Assembly: GCA_963733675.1 (NCBI GenBank)
Contig: CAVTET010000004.1
Coordinates: 576,001-640,000 of the forward strand
Length of the DNA stretch: 64,000 nucleotides
Direction: 5' to 3'
Source of the DNA: an uncultured Methanosarcinaceae archaeon
Lineage (GTDB): Archaea > Halobacteriota > Methanosarcinia > Methanosarcinales > Methanosarcinaceae
The position numbers and the translations under genes are program-made. The notes under the pieces are model-generated. The model ran no database searches and was not told the DNA's origin. It saw nothing but the letters and a program-made list of their open reading frames with translations. Positions 34,932 to 47,016 of this stretch are shown piece by piece (within the stretch, counting starts at the first letter, position 1; the number at the start of each line of letters is the position of its first letter).

Positions 34932-34969
34932 TAAATCAATTTATCTGCTGAGTAAACACTGCTTTATAA

Positions 34970-35218
34970 TTACTTTATAAGCAGTGCCACGACAAGACCG
35001 AAGATAACGATTGTCTCTGGAATAACAGTAAGGATCAGACCCTTACCAAACAAGGCTTCATTCTCTGCCATTGCACCAATTGCTGCAGAACCTATTTCCT
35101 TTTCTGCCCATCCGGATGCAAGACCAGTTCCTGTAATTGCGATTCCTGCTCCGATTGCTTTAAGCCCTGCGTCCCCAATCATTTGTGTAGCTACTGCTAC
35201 TGTTCCTGCGTCTACCAT
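34970..35218 (-). CDS. atpK: A1AO ATP synthase subunit K (c, proteolipid), single hairpin
   Basis: Two hydrophobic Gly/Ala-rich helices with the ion-binding PET motif. Confidence 0.95.
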   Translation of the reverse strand: MVDAGTVAVATQMIGDAGLKAIGAGIAITGTGLASGWAEKEIGSAAIGAMAENEALFGKGLILTVIPETIVIFGLVVALLIK

Positions 35219-35223
35219 GGTTT

Positions 35224-37176
35224 TTATTCCTCCGTATATTTTCTAATGTAACCAAATGGATTGAATTTTTTGCCCCCGCCTTGATAGAATTTTCCGAAAA
35301 ATTCTACATACTGCAACCTAAGTGAATGCAGTCCGGGAGCGATGATACTCAAGACAGTGTTAAGAGCATGTCCGAGTATAAATACAATTATTGCAGCTAT
35401 TGCTACGAGACCGATCTTGGAATGATCAGCCCATATCATGCCGAAAGCAATAGTATTGATAGTTGATGCGATGTAAATCGAAGACAGACCGACTGCAATA
35501 ATACGGGCATAAGACAATGCGTTACCCATCAGAGATGGCAATTCTACCGGACCCTTGATACCTTCACCCATAGTGAGCATCACAATTCCGAGAAGAAGAA
35601 TAACAACACCGACATAAGTTAGCCCGGAAATAACACCAAAATAGCCGAGAGCTGCAAAGAGTACACCAAGCTCAATAATCATCCAACTGCCTTTTTCAAG
35701 AACTGCATGCTTTAATCCATGGTGTTTGGAAATGTTTATAAATCCAAGAATATACCCAAGGTTTAAATGCAACAGTCCTACTGCGACAGATACTCCAATC
35801 ATAGTCATTACCATGTGAGCTCTGTGGACAGGAAATGTAAATTCTTCACCGCTAATTCCTGGAAATAGAGTAATTGTATTCCAGAAAGGTAACAACCCTG
35901 CCACAGTTTCGCCTTCTTTGTGCAGACTTGCTAACGGAAATCCAAGAAACTCACCATAAATAATGCCAAATATAAATGTTGAGATCTGACAATACAGCAA
36001 AATGTTCATTAGAGGCTTCACTGCATCTGATTTTACGAGTGATTTAATCGCAAGCGCCATTGCTCCCAAAATAATTGCGTACCCGATATCTCCGAGAATC
36101 ATTCCATATATCAGTGGAAAAGTGATAAAGATAATCGAAGATGGATCGATTTCAGTGTATCGGGGTCTGGAATACAGATTCATGATCTCTTGCATAGGTG
36201 CCACTGGTTTAGAGTTATTATATTCGACTGGTATATGCTCTTCTTCCTCTTCTTCTTCTATTCCGATTGAAGTAACATATGCCCGACCGGATGTAGCATC
36301 ATTAACACTGTTGACAAGGATATCGTATTTATCGCTGGGCACCCAACCTTCTATAATAAAGGCATTATCAGATGTAGCGATTCTTAAGGGTAATTCAGCC
36401 TTCTGATTTTCAATACTTAAAACCTCATCACTGGCAAGGAGAAAATCTGTATACTGTGATCTTATGGATTCGACCTCAGCTTTCAGAGACGCGATCTTTC
36501 TGGAGGCTTCAGCCTCTTTCTGTTCGGTTTCCTTTAACAACTCACTTGGGACACCACCTCTTTCCGGAATTCTGAGCTCTTTGAATTCGAGAGCCTGAAG
36601 CACTTCAGCGACTTTAGATGCATCTTTCTTGGCTACAAATAGTACGACAGTTTTTGTATTTACATCAAAAAACAGTTCGTATGCCTGTGTGACGCGTGAA
36701 ATCAGAACTTCTTCTAAATTTTCTTTGACTAATCCTGAAAAAACCTCAAGGTTTTCATAACCGCGATAATAGTCAAAATCCAGATTAATGGACAAGAATG
36801 GTAGAAGTTCCTTCTTTTGAGCCTCGATATTCTTTAAATCGGTCTCATATTTATTGATGATTTTTATTTTTTCCGAGATGTCACTGTCCAGTTTATCCAG
36901 CTTTGCATCAAGTTCGCGCAGAACTGCATTAGTTTTCTGGACGGCCGGCATTGTTCGCTCAATCCCCAAATAATTGGAGATAGAACGGATCTTCACAAGC
37001 TTTTTAGATACTTCTTCTGCATTTTGAAATGGCTTGCTTATCTTAAAACCAGATTCATCTTCTATAAAATCTTCAATGTGTAAGAGATTAGAATCGTGTA
37101 ACGAATCGATGGTTTCTTTTAAAACACTTTTATGCCCAACAATTACAGCTTTAGTCATTCTTTTAGGTCTACTCAT
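35224..37176 (-). CDS. atpI: A1AO ATP synthase subunit I (a)
   Basis: Soluble N-terminal domain; GDIGY, LSYARI and [11 protein letters not shown]. The likely ATG start is 37176, overlapping the ahaH stop. Confidence 0.96.
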   Translation of the reverse strand: MSRPKRMTKAVIVGHKSVLKETIDSLHDSNLLHIEDFIEDESGFKISKPFQNAEEVSKKLVKIRSISNYLGIERTMPAVQKTNAVLRELDAKLDKLDSDISEKIKIINKYETDLKNIEAQKKELLPFLSINLDFDYYRGYENLEVFSGLVKENLEEVLISRVTQAYELFFDVNTKTVVLFVAKKDASKVAEVLQALEFKELRIPERGGVPSELLKETEQKEAEASRKIASLKAEVESIRSQYTDFLLASDEVLSIENQKAELPLRIATSDNAFIIEGWVPSDKYDILVNSVNDATSGRAYVTSIGIEEEEEEEHIPVEYNNSKPVAPMQEIMNLYSRPRYTEIDPSSIIFITFPLIYGMILGDIGYAIILGAMALAIKSLVKSDAVKPLMNILLYCQISTFIFGIIYGEFLGFPLASLHKEGETVAGLLPFWNTITLFPGISGEEFTFPVHRAHMVMTMIGVSVAVGLLHLNLGYILGFINISKHHGLKHAVLEKGSWMIIELGVLFAALGYFGVISGLTYVGVVILLLGIVMLTMGEGIKGPVELPSLMGNALSYARIIAVGLSSIYIASTINTIAFGMIWADHSKIGLVAIAAIIVFILGHALNTVLSIIAPGLHSLRLQYVEFFGKFYQGGGKKFNPFGYIRKYTEE

Positions 37177-37495
37177 GAACCGCCCTCTCAAACTCTTTTA
37201 ATAAGTAATCGACGGCTTTGTCAACGTTAGCTTGAGCTTTGTGGGCCATTGCTAAAGCATTTTGTTCACCATCTTTAAGGATCCTCTCTCTTTCAGCCTG
37301 GATCTTTTCTTCACCTGATTTAAAGGCATCTTGTGCAGCTTTATTTGAATCTACTTTAGCTTGTTTCAGGATTTCTCTAGCTTCAGCTCGAGCATCAGAC
37401 ATTCGTTTGTTTTTCACTTCAATGGCTTCATCAATCATTTTTTTCGCATTCTCTTCTGCTTTTTTGATTTCAGATAAGATTTCATTTTTAGCCAT
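37169..37495 (-). CDS. ahaH: A1AO ATP synthase subunit H
   Basis: Charged coiled coil [12 protein letters not shown]; first gene of the operon. Confidence 0.92.
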   Translation of the reverse strand: MAKNEILSEIKKAEENAKKMIDEAIEVKNKRMSDARAEAREILKQAKVDSNKAAQDAFKSGEEKIQAERERILKDGEQNALAMAHKAQANVDKAVDYLLKEFERAVHE

Positions 37496-37739
37496 GTGAA
37501 TCTCCGTCTCTCAAAATTTAATATATAAATTAATAATTAAAAATCCCTACTCCAACGGGGTAGTTAACAACCCTTTGTGAAAGAACTATATAATAGCTTC
37601 GATTTTATCAAAGAAGAGAAAAGTAAATATAATGAAAAATCACCTCACCGTTAAATTTACAAAAATTAATTTACAAAAATTTTTAGGAAAAATAAAAATA
37701 TAAATAGGAAAAAGATATAGATAATTAAAATAAAAAGCT

Positions 37740-38560
37740 GTGTATTTGATTTTTGAGAAGTTAAAATATCTTAACAATATACTCCTGAAAACTTTTACTG
37801 ATTTTGCTCTTAAAGGAGAATACGAACTTTTTCAGTTAGTTGGAAACAAACTTGCTGAACTTGATTCCTTAATTGATTGGAAACCTTTTCTTATCATTTT
37901 TGAGTCTATATATTTTAACAAAACCGTTTTCTGAGGCAGACGTGAAGCTGAAGTAGTCATTATGTTTAAATACTTTTTTACAGCGATTACATGGTCCATC
38001 CGATTTTGAACTTGAGAAACAATGTATTGATTGGATTTCTTTCAGGAACTTTCTTGGTTTTTCGGATCACATTTCATAAAGAACCAAATTCTGATAATTC
38101 ATAAAAAGAATTATTGGTAAGTGCAAAGAAGAGAAAATATATGGACAGCTGTAGATGCAACTTAATTGCCTGGTGTGAAAATAAAAAAACAACGATTCAA
38201 AAAGCTACATTTATTTATTAAGTTCCTGGCCATGCAAAAGCAGATTAACCTCGGGAAGATAAAGCAAGAAAGGGTCATCAATGACAGAACCTGGGAAAAA
38301 AGTTAGTAAATAACACATTGGATATAAACTTCATTGCATTTAATATACAGGGATTATAGGCTGATCAGGAGATTCAAAACAACTACTCTTCAATCATGAT
38401 TTCAGGTAGGTTTAATCAAAAAGGTGAAGTGGTTTTACAGATACAGAGTGTACTTTGAAGCAAAATCAAAAGGTTATGATACAACAATGAAAACAGAAGT
38501 AAAAGAACATTTTCTGGAAATGACCAACATATGAAGAAACAAGAGGATAAATTCAAAGTT
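37740..38560 (+). mobile_element. Decayed IS5-family transposase (third copy)
   Basis: KTFTDFALKGEYELFQLVGNKLAELDSLIDWKPF and PGHAKAD remnants, with stops and frameshifts. Confidence 0.75.
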
Positions 38561-38599
38561 TTATGCAAACCTGTCATTATAGTAGAATTTTGAATAAAG

Positions 38600-40330
38600 C
38601 TGCTTTTCCTGAATCGATGAAATATCCAATCCATTATGGAACTAATATTTTAGCTTGAGCAATCTATTGTGAAACCTACCAGTTTATCCTCCATGAGAGA
38701 TATTCTAAATTTCTAGATCATCTTATGAAAATAAAAATATGTTCTGCTAATATAATTAGAGCAAAAAAAATTCCAAAATTTAGAGGAATTTGAAAATTTG
38801 ATTAAGAGGCTATCCGAAAAGTCCTGCTGATCTTAATGTTATCAATGCGCACGCTAAATGTAGCATAGCAAGGTAATTTTCAATTTTCTTTTCCCATCTT
38901 ATAAGGAGTCTTCTGAATCTATTCAGCCAAGAATGTGTCCTTTCTACAACCCATCTTCTTGCCCTAAAACCAGGTATGTCTCTTCTTATGTTTTCTTCTC
39001 CACGACTTTTGATATGCGCAGTATAACCATATTCTTCAACAAATTTTATGATATCGTTGAAATCATAACCCTTATCCATGCATATATTCTGAATTATGTC
39101 TCCTGGAGAAGGTCTTTCAAAGAATATGGCGTCTAAAGTCCTTTTCACAAGCTTTTTATCGTGACGATTGGCTCCATCAACGACAACAGAAAGTGGTATG
39201 CCTTTACCATCAGTTAAAACACTCCATTTTATATCTTTTTTGCCACGATCAGTAGGATTGGCTCCTGTTCCAGCTCCACCTAATGGTGTTTTTGTCATAG
39301 CACCATCAATTGATTGTCATTCCCATTCTAATATCGATCATTTACAGTGCTTGGAGCTCCATAAAATCGTGGCAATGCTTTCCATTGGCAACCAGTAAAA
39401 AGGAGATAGAAAATGCCACTCATTATTTTCCTATCACCCTTTCTAGGTCTTCCAGACTTTTTTTTTGGCTTAGGTACAGATAGTAAAGGTTCTATTTTTG
39501 TCCAATAATCTTCAGAAATTTCGTAGTCCGGAACAATTTTCCGTTTTGTCATTACCACACATGATCTTAAATTGAAAGTATATTATTTTTCGGATAGGCT
39601 CTAAGGAAAAGTTAATACTTCTCCTGTTACCCACTGTGATAAAACAGGGATGAAAATCAAGACATCAGGACAGGCTCCATATAGATTACAATAATAAATA
39701 CAATGTTATCGTTCTCATCTAAAAAGAGAATTTATACCACTGGAAGCCATAGGAATTCTTCCGAAATTTAAAAAGGATTCGCAGTTCGCGATGGACGGAA
39801 ATCCTACAACAGTTAGGAATGCACTCACACTTTTACAATGCTCACCTCCAAACAACTTAATAGAACCGAAGAGAATTATTAACAGCAATGATTAAAGAGA
39901 TGAATGAGCTTTTAACAGAAATGAAAAAAATACACTGATGAATTCAAAGATCAAATTAAAGCGTTAGAAGAAATTTCAATTCCAAAGTCATGAAAAAAAA
40001 TGGAGAAAATCGGCCTATCTAAACCCTCAAAACCGGACAGCAAGTGCAAATTCAAAACCAAAATCAAGGAATCTAAGTAGTTTTTTACATACAACACAAA
40101 GAAAAGATCCTGAAGTTCCTTACAGATTTGATAGTTTCATGGGAAAATAACCAGGTAGAAAGGAACATAAGAATGATAATAATGGAAAAGATGAAGGTAT
40201 TCCCCACAGCTAAAGCAGGGGGCATTCTTATACGAAGACCGTGAAAATTTATTCCTGGCAGATCCAATTTCAAAAACGTTCAGATTTTTAAAAAAAATTA
40301 CTTGATGAAATAGACTCTGTTTCAAATCTT
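38600..40330 (+). mobile_element. Decayed IS66-family transposase, interrupted by an IS5 element
   Basis: Remnants PIHYGTNILA, EAIGILPKFK, EMNELLTEMKK and KILKFLTDL...ENNQVERNIRM lie on both sides of the 38806-39601 insertion. Confidence 0.65.
38806..39601 (-). mobile_element. IS5-family element (IS427/IS1031-like) with 15-bp TIRs, TAA TSD and an inactivated transposase
   Basis: TIRs GAGGCTATCCGAAAA / TTTTCGGATAGGCTC are flanked by TAA on both sides. ORFs contain GRPR, TGCQWKALP, DKGYD and RWVVERTHSWLNRFRRL. An apparent internal deletion and a TGA lie before QSIDG. Confidence 0.9.
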
Positions 40331-40495
40331 CCAAGTATAGAAAACTTGGTATGCAAACCTCAGTATGCAGCTTTCAGTTAAAAAACCAACGCCTGTCTCT
40401 GACTAAAAGGAAGAAAAGTTTCGGAAGAAGGATCTAAATAAGGAGTTTTTCAGACCACTGTTAAGAAAATCTGATTAGAGAACAGTATCCAAATA

Positions 40496-41674
40496 TTATA
40501 TAAGCCTGTGAGGAATTTTTCCACCCCGAGGAATTGTATGAATATACTTCTTCCGGAAAACGGGGTTTCGCATCATACAATAAGAAGTATCCTTTTTGTA
40601 AGCATTATGATTACCCATACGCTTCCAGATAGCCCCCAGAGGTTCTTCACATATGTTTCCAAATGAAAGAGGAGTGTAGGCACAGGGCATTACTTCTCCG
40701 TCCGAAGCAACATGTACCCATCGTCTGCCTGCAAAGCATCCGAAAAGATCCGGGCCCATAAAATAGGGAAAAGCAGTAATTCTGGGACCTTCTGGTTTAA
40801 GGTTCATAGCTTTCTGGAATTTTTCAAGTCTAAATATATCTTTTTCTCCGATTACATCGTCTTCGTGATCAAGCCAGCGCCCTACAGCAATGATTTCATA
40901 GATAGAAACTTCATGCATGCCGATGTCAGTTGCAAGATTGTAGAATTCCTCAAGGTCATCGATGTTATTAGGAGAGACTACCACAAACATATCAGTAAGT
41001 ATCCCGGCAGCAATCGCATTCCTGATGCCAGACAATGCATCGCTGTACGCGCCAGCTCGTCCCCGAACGCGATCATGTTCAGGTTCAAAAGGGCTATCAA
41101 GGCTGACTCTTACAGAATATAAAGATGCTGCCTTAAGCTCTTTTGCTCTTTCTTCCGAAAGTTTGAATCCAGAGGTAAAACAGGTGGTAATTGCCCTAGA
41201 CTTATCCACTCTGGAGACCATCTCGACAAGATCATTTCGAAGCATTGTTTCCCCTCCGTCAAAGGAAACAAGATAAGAACCAAGGTCCAGACTTTGATCT
41301 ACAGCATCGCATATCTCATCCAGAGTCAATTCTCTTTCCGGTTTAATATCAGCTGCTCCACAGTGGATACAGTTATTGGGACAGCGAGCTGTAATTCCAA
41401 TTGAGAACTGATCTGGAATTCTCTTCTTCATGATGGCTGCAATCTCAGCACTCATTACCCTGCTGAAGACAGAGCCGGGAATCGGTGGGATCCATGTGGA
41501 GAAAATAATCTTATCTTCACTCATTGAGATAGGCTTTTCTTTGGCAAAAATATTATTAATGCGCTTCAGGAAAGGTTTTGCGAGCTGGGAAAAAGGACCT
41601 TCCGCATAGAGCACTATTTTCTCATTTTCTGTACTGACATTTACTTTGAGCAGCGGACTATCATATACTCTCAT
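40496..41674 (-). CDS. Radical SAM protein with a SPASM/Twitch domain
   Basis: CPNNCIHC (CxxxCxxC), GGE, VSLD and GCFAG...DGEVMPC...GNI. Confidence 0.92.
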   Translation of the reverse strand: MRVYDSPLLKVNVSTENEKIVLYAEGPFSQLAKPFLKRINNIFAKEKPISMSEDKIIFSTWIPPIPGSVFSRVMSAEIAAIMKKRIPDQFSIGITARCPNNCIHCGAADIKPERELTLDEICDAVDQSLDLGSYLVSFDGGETMLRNDLVEMVSRVDKSRAITTCFTSGFKLSEERAKELKAASLYSVRVSLDSPFEPEHDRVRGRAGAYSDALSGIRNAIAAGILTDMFVVVSPNNIDDLEEFYNLATDIGMHEVSIYEIIAVGRWLDHEDDVIGEKDIFRLEKFQKAMNLKPEGPRITAFPYFMGPDLFGCFAGRRWVHVASDGEVMPCAYTPLSFGNICEEPLGAIWKRMGNHNAYKKDTSYCMMRNPVFRKKYIHTIPRGGKIPHRLI

Positions 41675-41809
41675 GGATACACCTGCTAATGTTAGAGGGG
41701 GAAAAATTGGAAATATGGTAAAATTAAAATAACATACCTATAGTTACAATTTTATATTTCAGGCATAAAGGATTCGATAGGATTCAATTAATTTTAAGCC
41801 AGAGCTGAG

Positions 41810-42670
41810 TTAATCAAACATTTCCAGAATACCGACAGTCATATAATCGGTAATCTGGAAAAGCTTATCTCTTGCCTGACATTCCTTGAATGTCATAAGT
41901 GTCTCTTTTGCGGAATCAACGTGTAACTTTAATGCATCTAAAGATTTCTGCACTGCTTCTTCCTTAGACATGTTTTTCATATAAACATGCGGCAAAGTTT
42001 CAGATGTGAATTTTGACTTCTTGCCTTCAACAACTTCCAGAAATTCAAGAATATCATCAACAATTTGATATGCAGTTCCTAGAGAATTTCCAAATAAGTA
42101 AAAATGCTCCGCTAGAACCTCATCAGCTCCTCCGGTATGGGCTCCTATAGAAGCACTGATCGCAAACAGAGAAGCAGTTTTCATATAAATGCACTTGAAA
42201 TAATCACTTTCCCCGAAATTTTTCTCTTCAAGACCCAGGTCAAGGACTTCCCCTTCAGCCATATCCATTCCAGCTTTCCCAAAATCTCTAATCACCTTCT
42301 CTCCGTAAGGAGAAATGAACTCAATGGACTTTGCAATGAGATAATCACCACAAAGAAGTGCCCTGGAATGACCGAATTTTTCAGGAGCTGAAGGCAGGTT
42401 TCTTCTGATGAGCCCCTGATCCAGCAGGTCATCATGGATAAGTGAAGCTGAATGCATCATTTCAACTGCAAGAGCTGCGCTGAGACTCTGATAATACGAG
42501 CCGGAGCATATTTCGCTCGCTAGAAGAAGGATAATCGGCCTTATTCGTTTTCCTCCGGTATTACAGGCATGTTCTGCTATCTTTTTCAATTTGGAATCCT
42601 TCATTTTATCAATGAATGTTTTTATTCCAGATTCAACATATCTGTACTCTTCCCACTCTTCAATATTCAT
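41810..42670 (-). CDS. Polyprenyl diphosphate synthase, probably geranylfarnesyl (C25) diphosphate synthase
   Basis: GGKRIRP, SLIHDDLLD (FARM), KT and YQIVDD. The start MNIEEWEEY and the overall sequence recall the characterised M. mazei GFPP synthase (from memory, not a search). Confidence 0.88.
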   Translation of the reverse strand: MNIEEWEEYRYVESGIKTFIDKMKDSKLKKIAEHACNTGGKRIRPIILLLASEICSGSYYQSLSAALAVEMMHSASLIHDDLLDQGLIRRNLPSAPEKFGHSRALLCGDYLIAKSIEFISPYGEKVIRDFGKAGMDMAEGEVLDLGLEEKNFGESDYFKCIYMKTASLFAISASIGAHTGGADEVLAEHFYLFGNSLGTAYQIVDDILEFLEVVEGKKSKFTSETLPHVYMKNMSKEEAVQKSLDALKLHVDSAKETLMTFKECQARDKLFQITDYMTVGILEMFD

Positions 42671-42812
42671 ATTACTCCGAATACTTGGAAGGGTTATCCG
42701 GTACAATCTTATCCGCCTCATATATAAATCCAGAAACCTTAGTTCTGCTTACACTCACCTATTTTCCTTCTGCGAGCTTGAAGGAAAACTGCCTAGCATA
42801 TCTATACACATG

Positions 42813-42943
42813 ATATTCTGTAGATGTACACATATCTATAATTTGTTTGCCTAATATTATACATTGAAAGTTGGATTAACTTTTAAGTCACTGTCATATT
42901 GAAAAAATAGATAGAATTCTTGTGTATATCTGCAGAAAGTGGG
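42813..42943. mobile_element. ~140-bp MITE, family C (degenerate copy)
   Basis: Shares cattgaaagtt.gattaa.ttttaag..actgtcatattga and the TGTGTATATCTGC.GAA.GTGGG end with the copies at 43914 and 62118. Confidence 0.65.
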
Positions 42944-43169
42944 ATTAACCTTCAAGTTCTCTTTTTAGTCCTTGGTTCAAAAATTACCATCTCTGAAAAC
43001 ATTTCAAAACTTTCTTATTCTACTATTTCCATCCCAATTACATTTTGCACGACATGGTCTTGAAAATCAGATGCAGGCTCAAATACTATAAGGTAAACAC
43101 CTGGAAGGTCAATTTAACTTAACTCTGAAAGAACACACCAACAAGTGAGGTCAATATTTCTTTTTTATC

Positions 43170-43735
43170 TAAAACTCCGTATAGGCTGATCATTACATTA
43201 ACTTTTTGTTAAGCTCTTAATACAATATAAGTAACGATAAAGATAATGCAAAATTCGGAACCGACTATTGTAAACTCCAGAACAAAGGGATTCATTTTCA
43301 CCAGATCTCCCTGTCAAAAGTTTTCTTCATGCACCACTTAGATTGACTTTGCAACTTTTCCTTTCCACATATAAACATAAAGTATAATTTTACCCCTATA
43401 AATGAAATATAGTAAAAACAGTGTGAGAGTTTATCAAATCGGAGATATTTCTGTAGAAAAATAAATTTTTGAAAAACATCTTGAATTATATTTTCAAAAG
43501 AAACCTCATTACTCTGTTTCAACGTTCATTGATTACCCTAACGGCCTGATCCCACTTATGTGCTGGAAAAGATGAGAAAAATAGTAATTTACTGTTGCAA
43601 GTATTTAGATAATCAACCATTAAGCTGTTTCCTCGCAAAATCTTGTTGGTCTTCTACATATCTTGTCAAATCTTTCGAGTAAAAGCCATTAAAAATATCG
43701 TCAAAAAGGTGTCCTTATACTTGATGAACCCGACA
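43170..43735 (-). mobile_element. Heavily decayed IS transposase fragment, family not assigned
   Basis: Broken ORF pieces (SNEVSFENIIQDVFQK) and an IS-end-like GGGTTCATCAAGTATAAGG. Confidence 0.35.
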
Positions 43736-43834
43736 TAAAAATTGAAGAATAACTCTTTCAGAGTTTATCCATCAGTATTGCGGCAACCTGAGAAAAAAAG
43801 AAAATTGTCAAATTGGTACATTCACTGTTTATTT

Positions 43835-43885
43835 TAGTCGCAATACTCACAGCTTGCTACGGGGATGGAAACTTCCAGAGATCCT
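43835..43885. mobile_element. Solo IS200/IS605-type end hairpin
   Basis: aatactcacagcttgctacggggatggaaacttcc matches the end at 52910-52948. Confidence 0.55.
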
Positions 43886-43913
43886 TTATTAACTAAATTA
43901 TTTATGGTTTATC

Positions 43914-44053
43914 CTACATTCCGCAGAGCACACAGATGTAGAATTTGCTTGCACATCTACCCACTATTATTCATTGAAAATTAGATTAATTTTTAAGCTA
44001 CTGGCATATTGAGAAAATAGTTGGCATTCTTGTGTACTATGCAAAAAGTGTGG
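43914..44053. mobile_element. ~140-bp MITE, family C
   Basis: Imperfect TIRs cctacattccgcag...cacag / tgtgtactatgcaaaaagtgtgg. The interior is nearly identical to 62118-62269. Confidence 0.7.
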
Positions 44054-44110
44054 TACAAATAAGGCAGAATCTTTTTGACACAGAATATAAAGAAAAGATG
44101 ATGTTAGCAA

Positions 44111-44611
44111 TCAACCCATTTTGAGTTCTGTGATTTCAACATTGAGGTTTGCAGTCCCAAGAGTTGCAACAGTCGCCTTTCCGGAAAGCACGCCCGAGCA
44201 TTCCCCTGGATTTATCAAAAGCGTTCCTTTGACGACTGTGATCCCAGGATCATGAGTATGGCCCCGAATTATCACATCAAAATCTTTTGATTTGGCCAGG
44301 GCTTTGACCAGCGCCTCATTTGTTCCGTGCAAGAGGGCGATATGCAGGCTGTCAACTGTCAATTTTCCAAAATCTCCGCAGATAGTAGCGCCGATATCTT
44401 CAAACGATTTTGTAAGCATTACTTTGTCTCCGTCATTGTTTCCGAATACAACGTAAAGTTTTGACTTCAATTTCTCAAAGACCCTAGCAGTGAAAGGAGA
44501 AACGAGATCTCCTGCGTGTAGCACTGCTTTTACTTCATTATCATTAAAAAATTCCACAGCTTTTCGAATAGCACCTAGGTTGTCATGTGAGTCCGAAATA
44601 ATTCCAATCAA
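44111..44611 (-). CDS. Metallophosphoesterase (YfcE/MJ0936 family)
   Basis: Motifs SDSHDN, HAGD, GNND, HG, GHTH and NPGE. Confidence 0.93.
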   Translation of the reverse strand: MIGIISDSHDNLGAIRKAVEFFNDNEVKAVLHAGDLVSPFTARVFEKLKSKLYVVFGNNDGDKVMLTKSFEDIGATICGDFGKLTVDSLHIALLHGTNEALVKALAKSKDFDVIIRGHTHDPGITVVKGTLLINPGECSGVLSGKATVATLGTANLNVEITELKMG

Positions 44612-45493
44612 ATGATACCACCTCTCTTAACATTAAATTTTCACATTTATATTTATATTTAGGCTTTCTTAAAAAGGAAGTCTCTATAACAGTTAGTAAT
44701 AGCTTATTCCAAAAATTAGAATTTTATATTATAACCTTATTTTGATAGTACAAATTACGATCAGAATTAAATATAACCGTTTCTTCAAAAAAAATTTGAA
44801 AGCCTTAAAAATTTCATTAAAATTATTTCAGATTTGTCAGTTCCCATTCATAGCCTAAGAAAATGTTTGAGCCTGGTTTTTGTTTCATTTTAGCATTTTT
44901 GCTGTCCAATTTTTAAAACATGATCAATAATTTTGCTATAAACGATATAATCTGTTACAGTAATTATTAAGAACTCGATCAAAATTTGAAAAAGATAGAG
45001 ATCTTAAGACAGAGAATTGTCTTTTAAAGAGAACAATAAAAAAGTGTTCAAAATTTGTTGACCAGATATTACTATTTTCATCCTATCAAATATGAAAATC
45101 TCCTATAAGCATGACAAAAATCATCTGTCAAATTAGGGATTTAAAGTTAAAATCTAAAGACCAGAAAATATTAAAAAGTATCAACAAAATCATTGAATCA
45201 ATTACACTAATCAGAAAATTGATAAGAGTCAAGTATACAGAGTTAGCTAAATCAAAATAATTTGCTGAGAGTTGGACAAAAGTTTATGACACTCAATTTA
45301 GTCTGTTACTAGTTTGAGAATGTCTTGAATGAGTATTTATTTCATTTGATATGCTGTAATCCCAATAACTGACCTTAACAAATCAAAAATGTTATACATT
45401 CCAGTTGATTAGAAAAAGCAACGTCCTTTCAATGGATGATTTGGGATCGGTTCCTATCTTGAAATCGATTCTACCCTATATTCAGGTTCCATA

Positions 45494-45583
45494 GAGAATT
45501 TCAATTAAACCTCCGATTTCAACAAAATGTGCATGTATGCTTTATAAACAACCAGCTATAAATTGAAATTTATCGAAATCCTC
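45494..45583. mobile_element. 90-bp MITE with IS5-type TIRs (subfamily B)
   Basis: gagaatttcaattaaac ... tttatcgaaatcctc, flanked by CATA and GATA. Confidence 0.65.
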
Positions 45584-46503
45584 GATATTCTATTTTTTTC
45601 TCTACTCAGAAGGTATTTGCTTTGCAAATTTGTCTATTAGATCCACTTATTTATCTGTTGCAAATAAGATGCATCCTTTGTTCTGATCCAACATTGCCAC
45701 AATATTGAAAGTTTATCCTCTGGCCTTAGACTTATATTCAAGCATTTTAGAAATATTTTCATTCCCTTCCTATGCTTTTCAAAAATTTAATCAACTCTTT
45801 GATTGGATTCAGATACAATTACAAATTCCAGTTTGTTACCATCCATTCTTGAGAGAACTTCAACATTAAAAAATTATTTTCATTAAATCCTTTCCACTTT
45901 TAATCCCATTATCTCAATTCTTTCAAATAGATATCCAATATGAGTCGAATACCCTTTACTTAACTAATTTATGCTATAACATCAAGTGTCAGCTTAGAGT
46001 TTCCAATTATATCTAAATTACAGAACTAATATTCTGGGGAAATTTGTTCTTCTGTTTCAATCTCCAAATATATTACTTGTCTCTGGTTCCGTAACATGGA
46101 ATATATGAAAGTTAGCAGCAATTTTCTGGACCTCAGTTTTAAATACACATCGCAAAAAATTTATTATTTATTTCCCAAGATAACGGAAAAAATACTTTTA
46201 ACATAATTGAATTTTATATTACAAAAAAAATAATATTTTCTGAATGAATCATTCTTTTAACATTTTTTGACCCGATATCATTGCTTACAGATTACAAAAA
46301 ATTGACTGAAGATGTTGCCGCATCAAATAAAACTTAATGACTTCTTGATAGAAATAATTTGCTCCATCAACTAAAGATATCATATCAAAGATGATTCTGA
46401 TTTACCTTTATGAATCAGATTTATTAAATATAGAACCTTAAGAATCCTCTCAGAGGCACTTTCCTTCGAAGAGATAATAAAATGGCAAAACATATATGAA
46501 ATT

Positions 46504-47007
46504 ATGATCATGCATTTTGCACCTGAGGACTTCCAGGAAATAATCGAGATTGAAAAAGAAGCGTTTTCAGAGCACAATTCTCTACTATATATGAGTTTTT
46601 ACGAAATGGCTAGAGATGGTTTCCTTGTTGCGAAGCAGGATGGAAAAATAGTGGGGTATGTCGTAGGCTATCGTTCCGCAGAAAACGAAGGGCATATTTT
46701 TTCCGTCGGTGTCAAAGAAGAGTATCGTGGAAGAGGGATAGGTACAGAACTGATATACACGATATGTAGCATTTTTCTTGCAAAAGGGCTTAAATACGCA
46801 AGATTGGAAGTAAGAAATAGTAATAAAAAAGCACAACAATTATATAAGTCCATAGGATTCATACCCTGCTGGATCGAACAAAAATATTACTCAGATGGAG
46901 AAGATGGTATGGTAATGAAAATGCACTTACATCCATACCGTCTTTTGATATCAAAACAAAAATATCTCAAACCTTCATTTTCATATAAGAATTCCTTGTC
47001 GATTTAA
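46504..47007 (+). CDS. rimI: RimI/Ard1-like GNAT N-terminal acetyltransferase
   Basis: V.EEYRGRGIG, LEVRNSN..AQQLY...GF and YYSDGEDG. Confidence 0.88.
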   Translation: MIMHFAPEDFQEIIEIEKEAFSEHNSLLYMSFYEMARDGFLVAKQDGKIVGYVVGYRSAENEGHIFSVGVKEEYRGRGIGTELIYTICSIFLAKGLKYARLEVRNSNKKAQQLYKSIGFIPCWIEQKYYSDGEDGMVMKMHLHPYRLLISKQKYLKPSFSYKNSLSI

Positions 47008-47016
47008 GTAGCTCTA

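Noticed and set aside
39298-39340. Programmed frameshift joining the two IS5 ORFs
   Set aside because: The junction appears to lack a conserved segment and contains a TGA before QSIDG. Deletion plus nonsense mutation explains it better, and no slippery site is evident.
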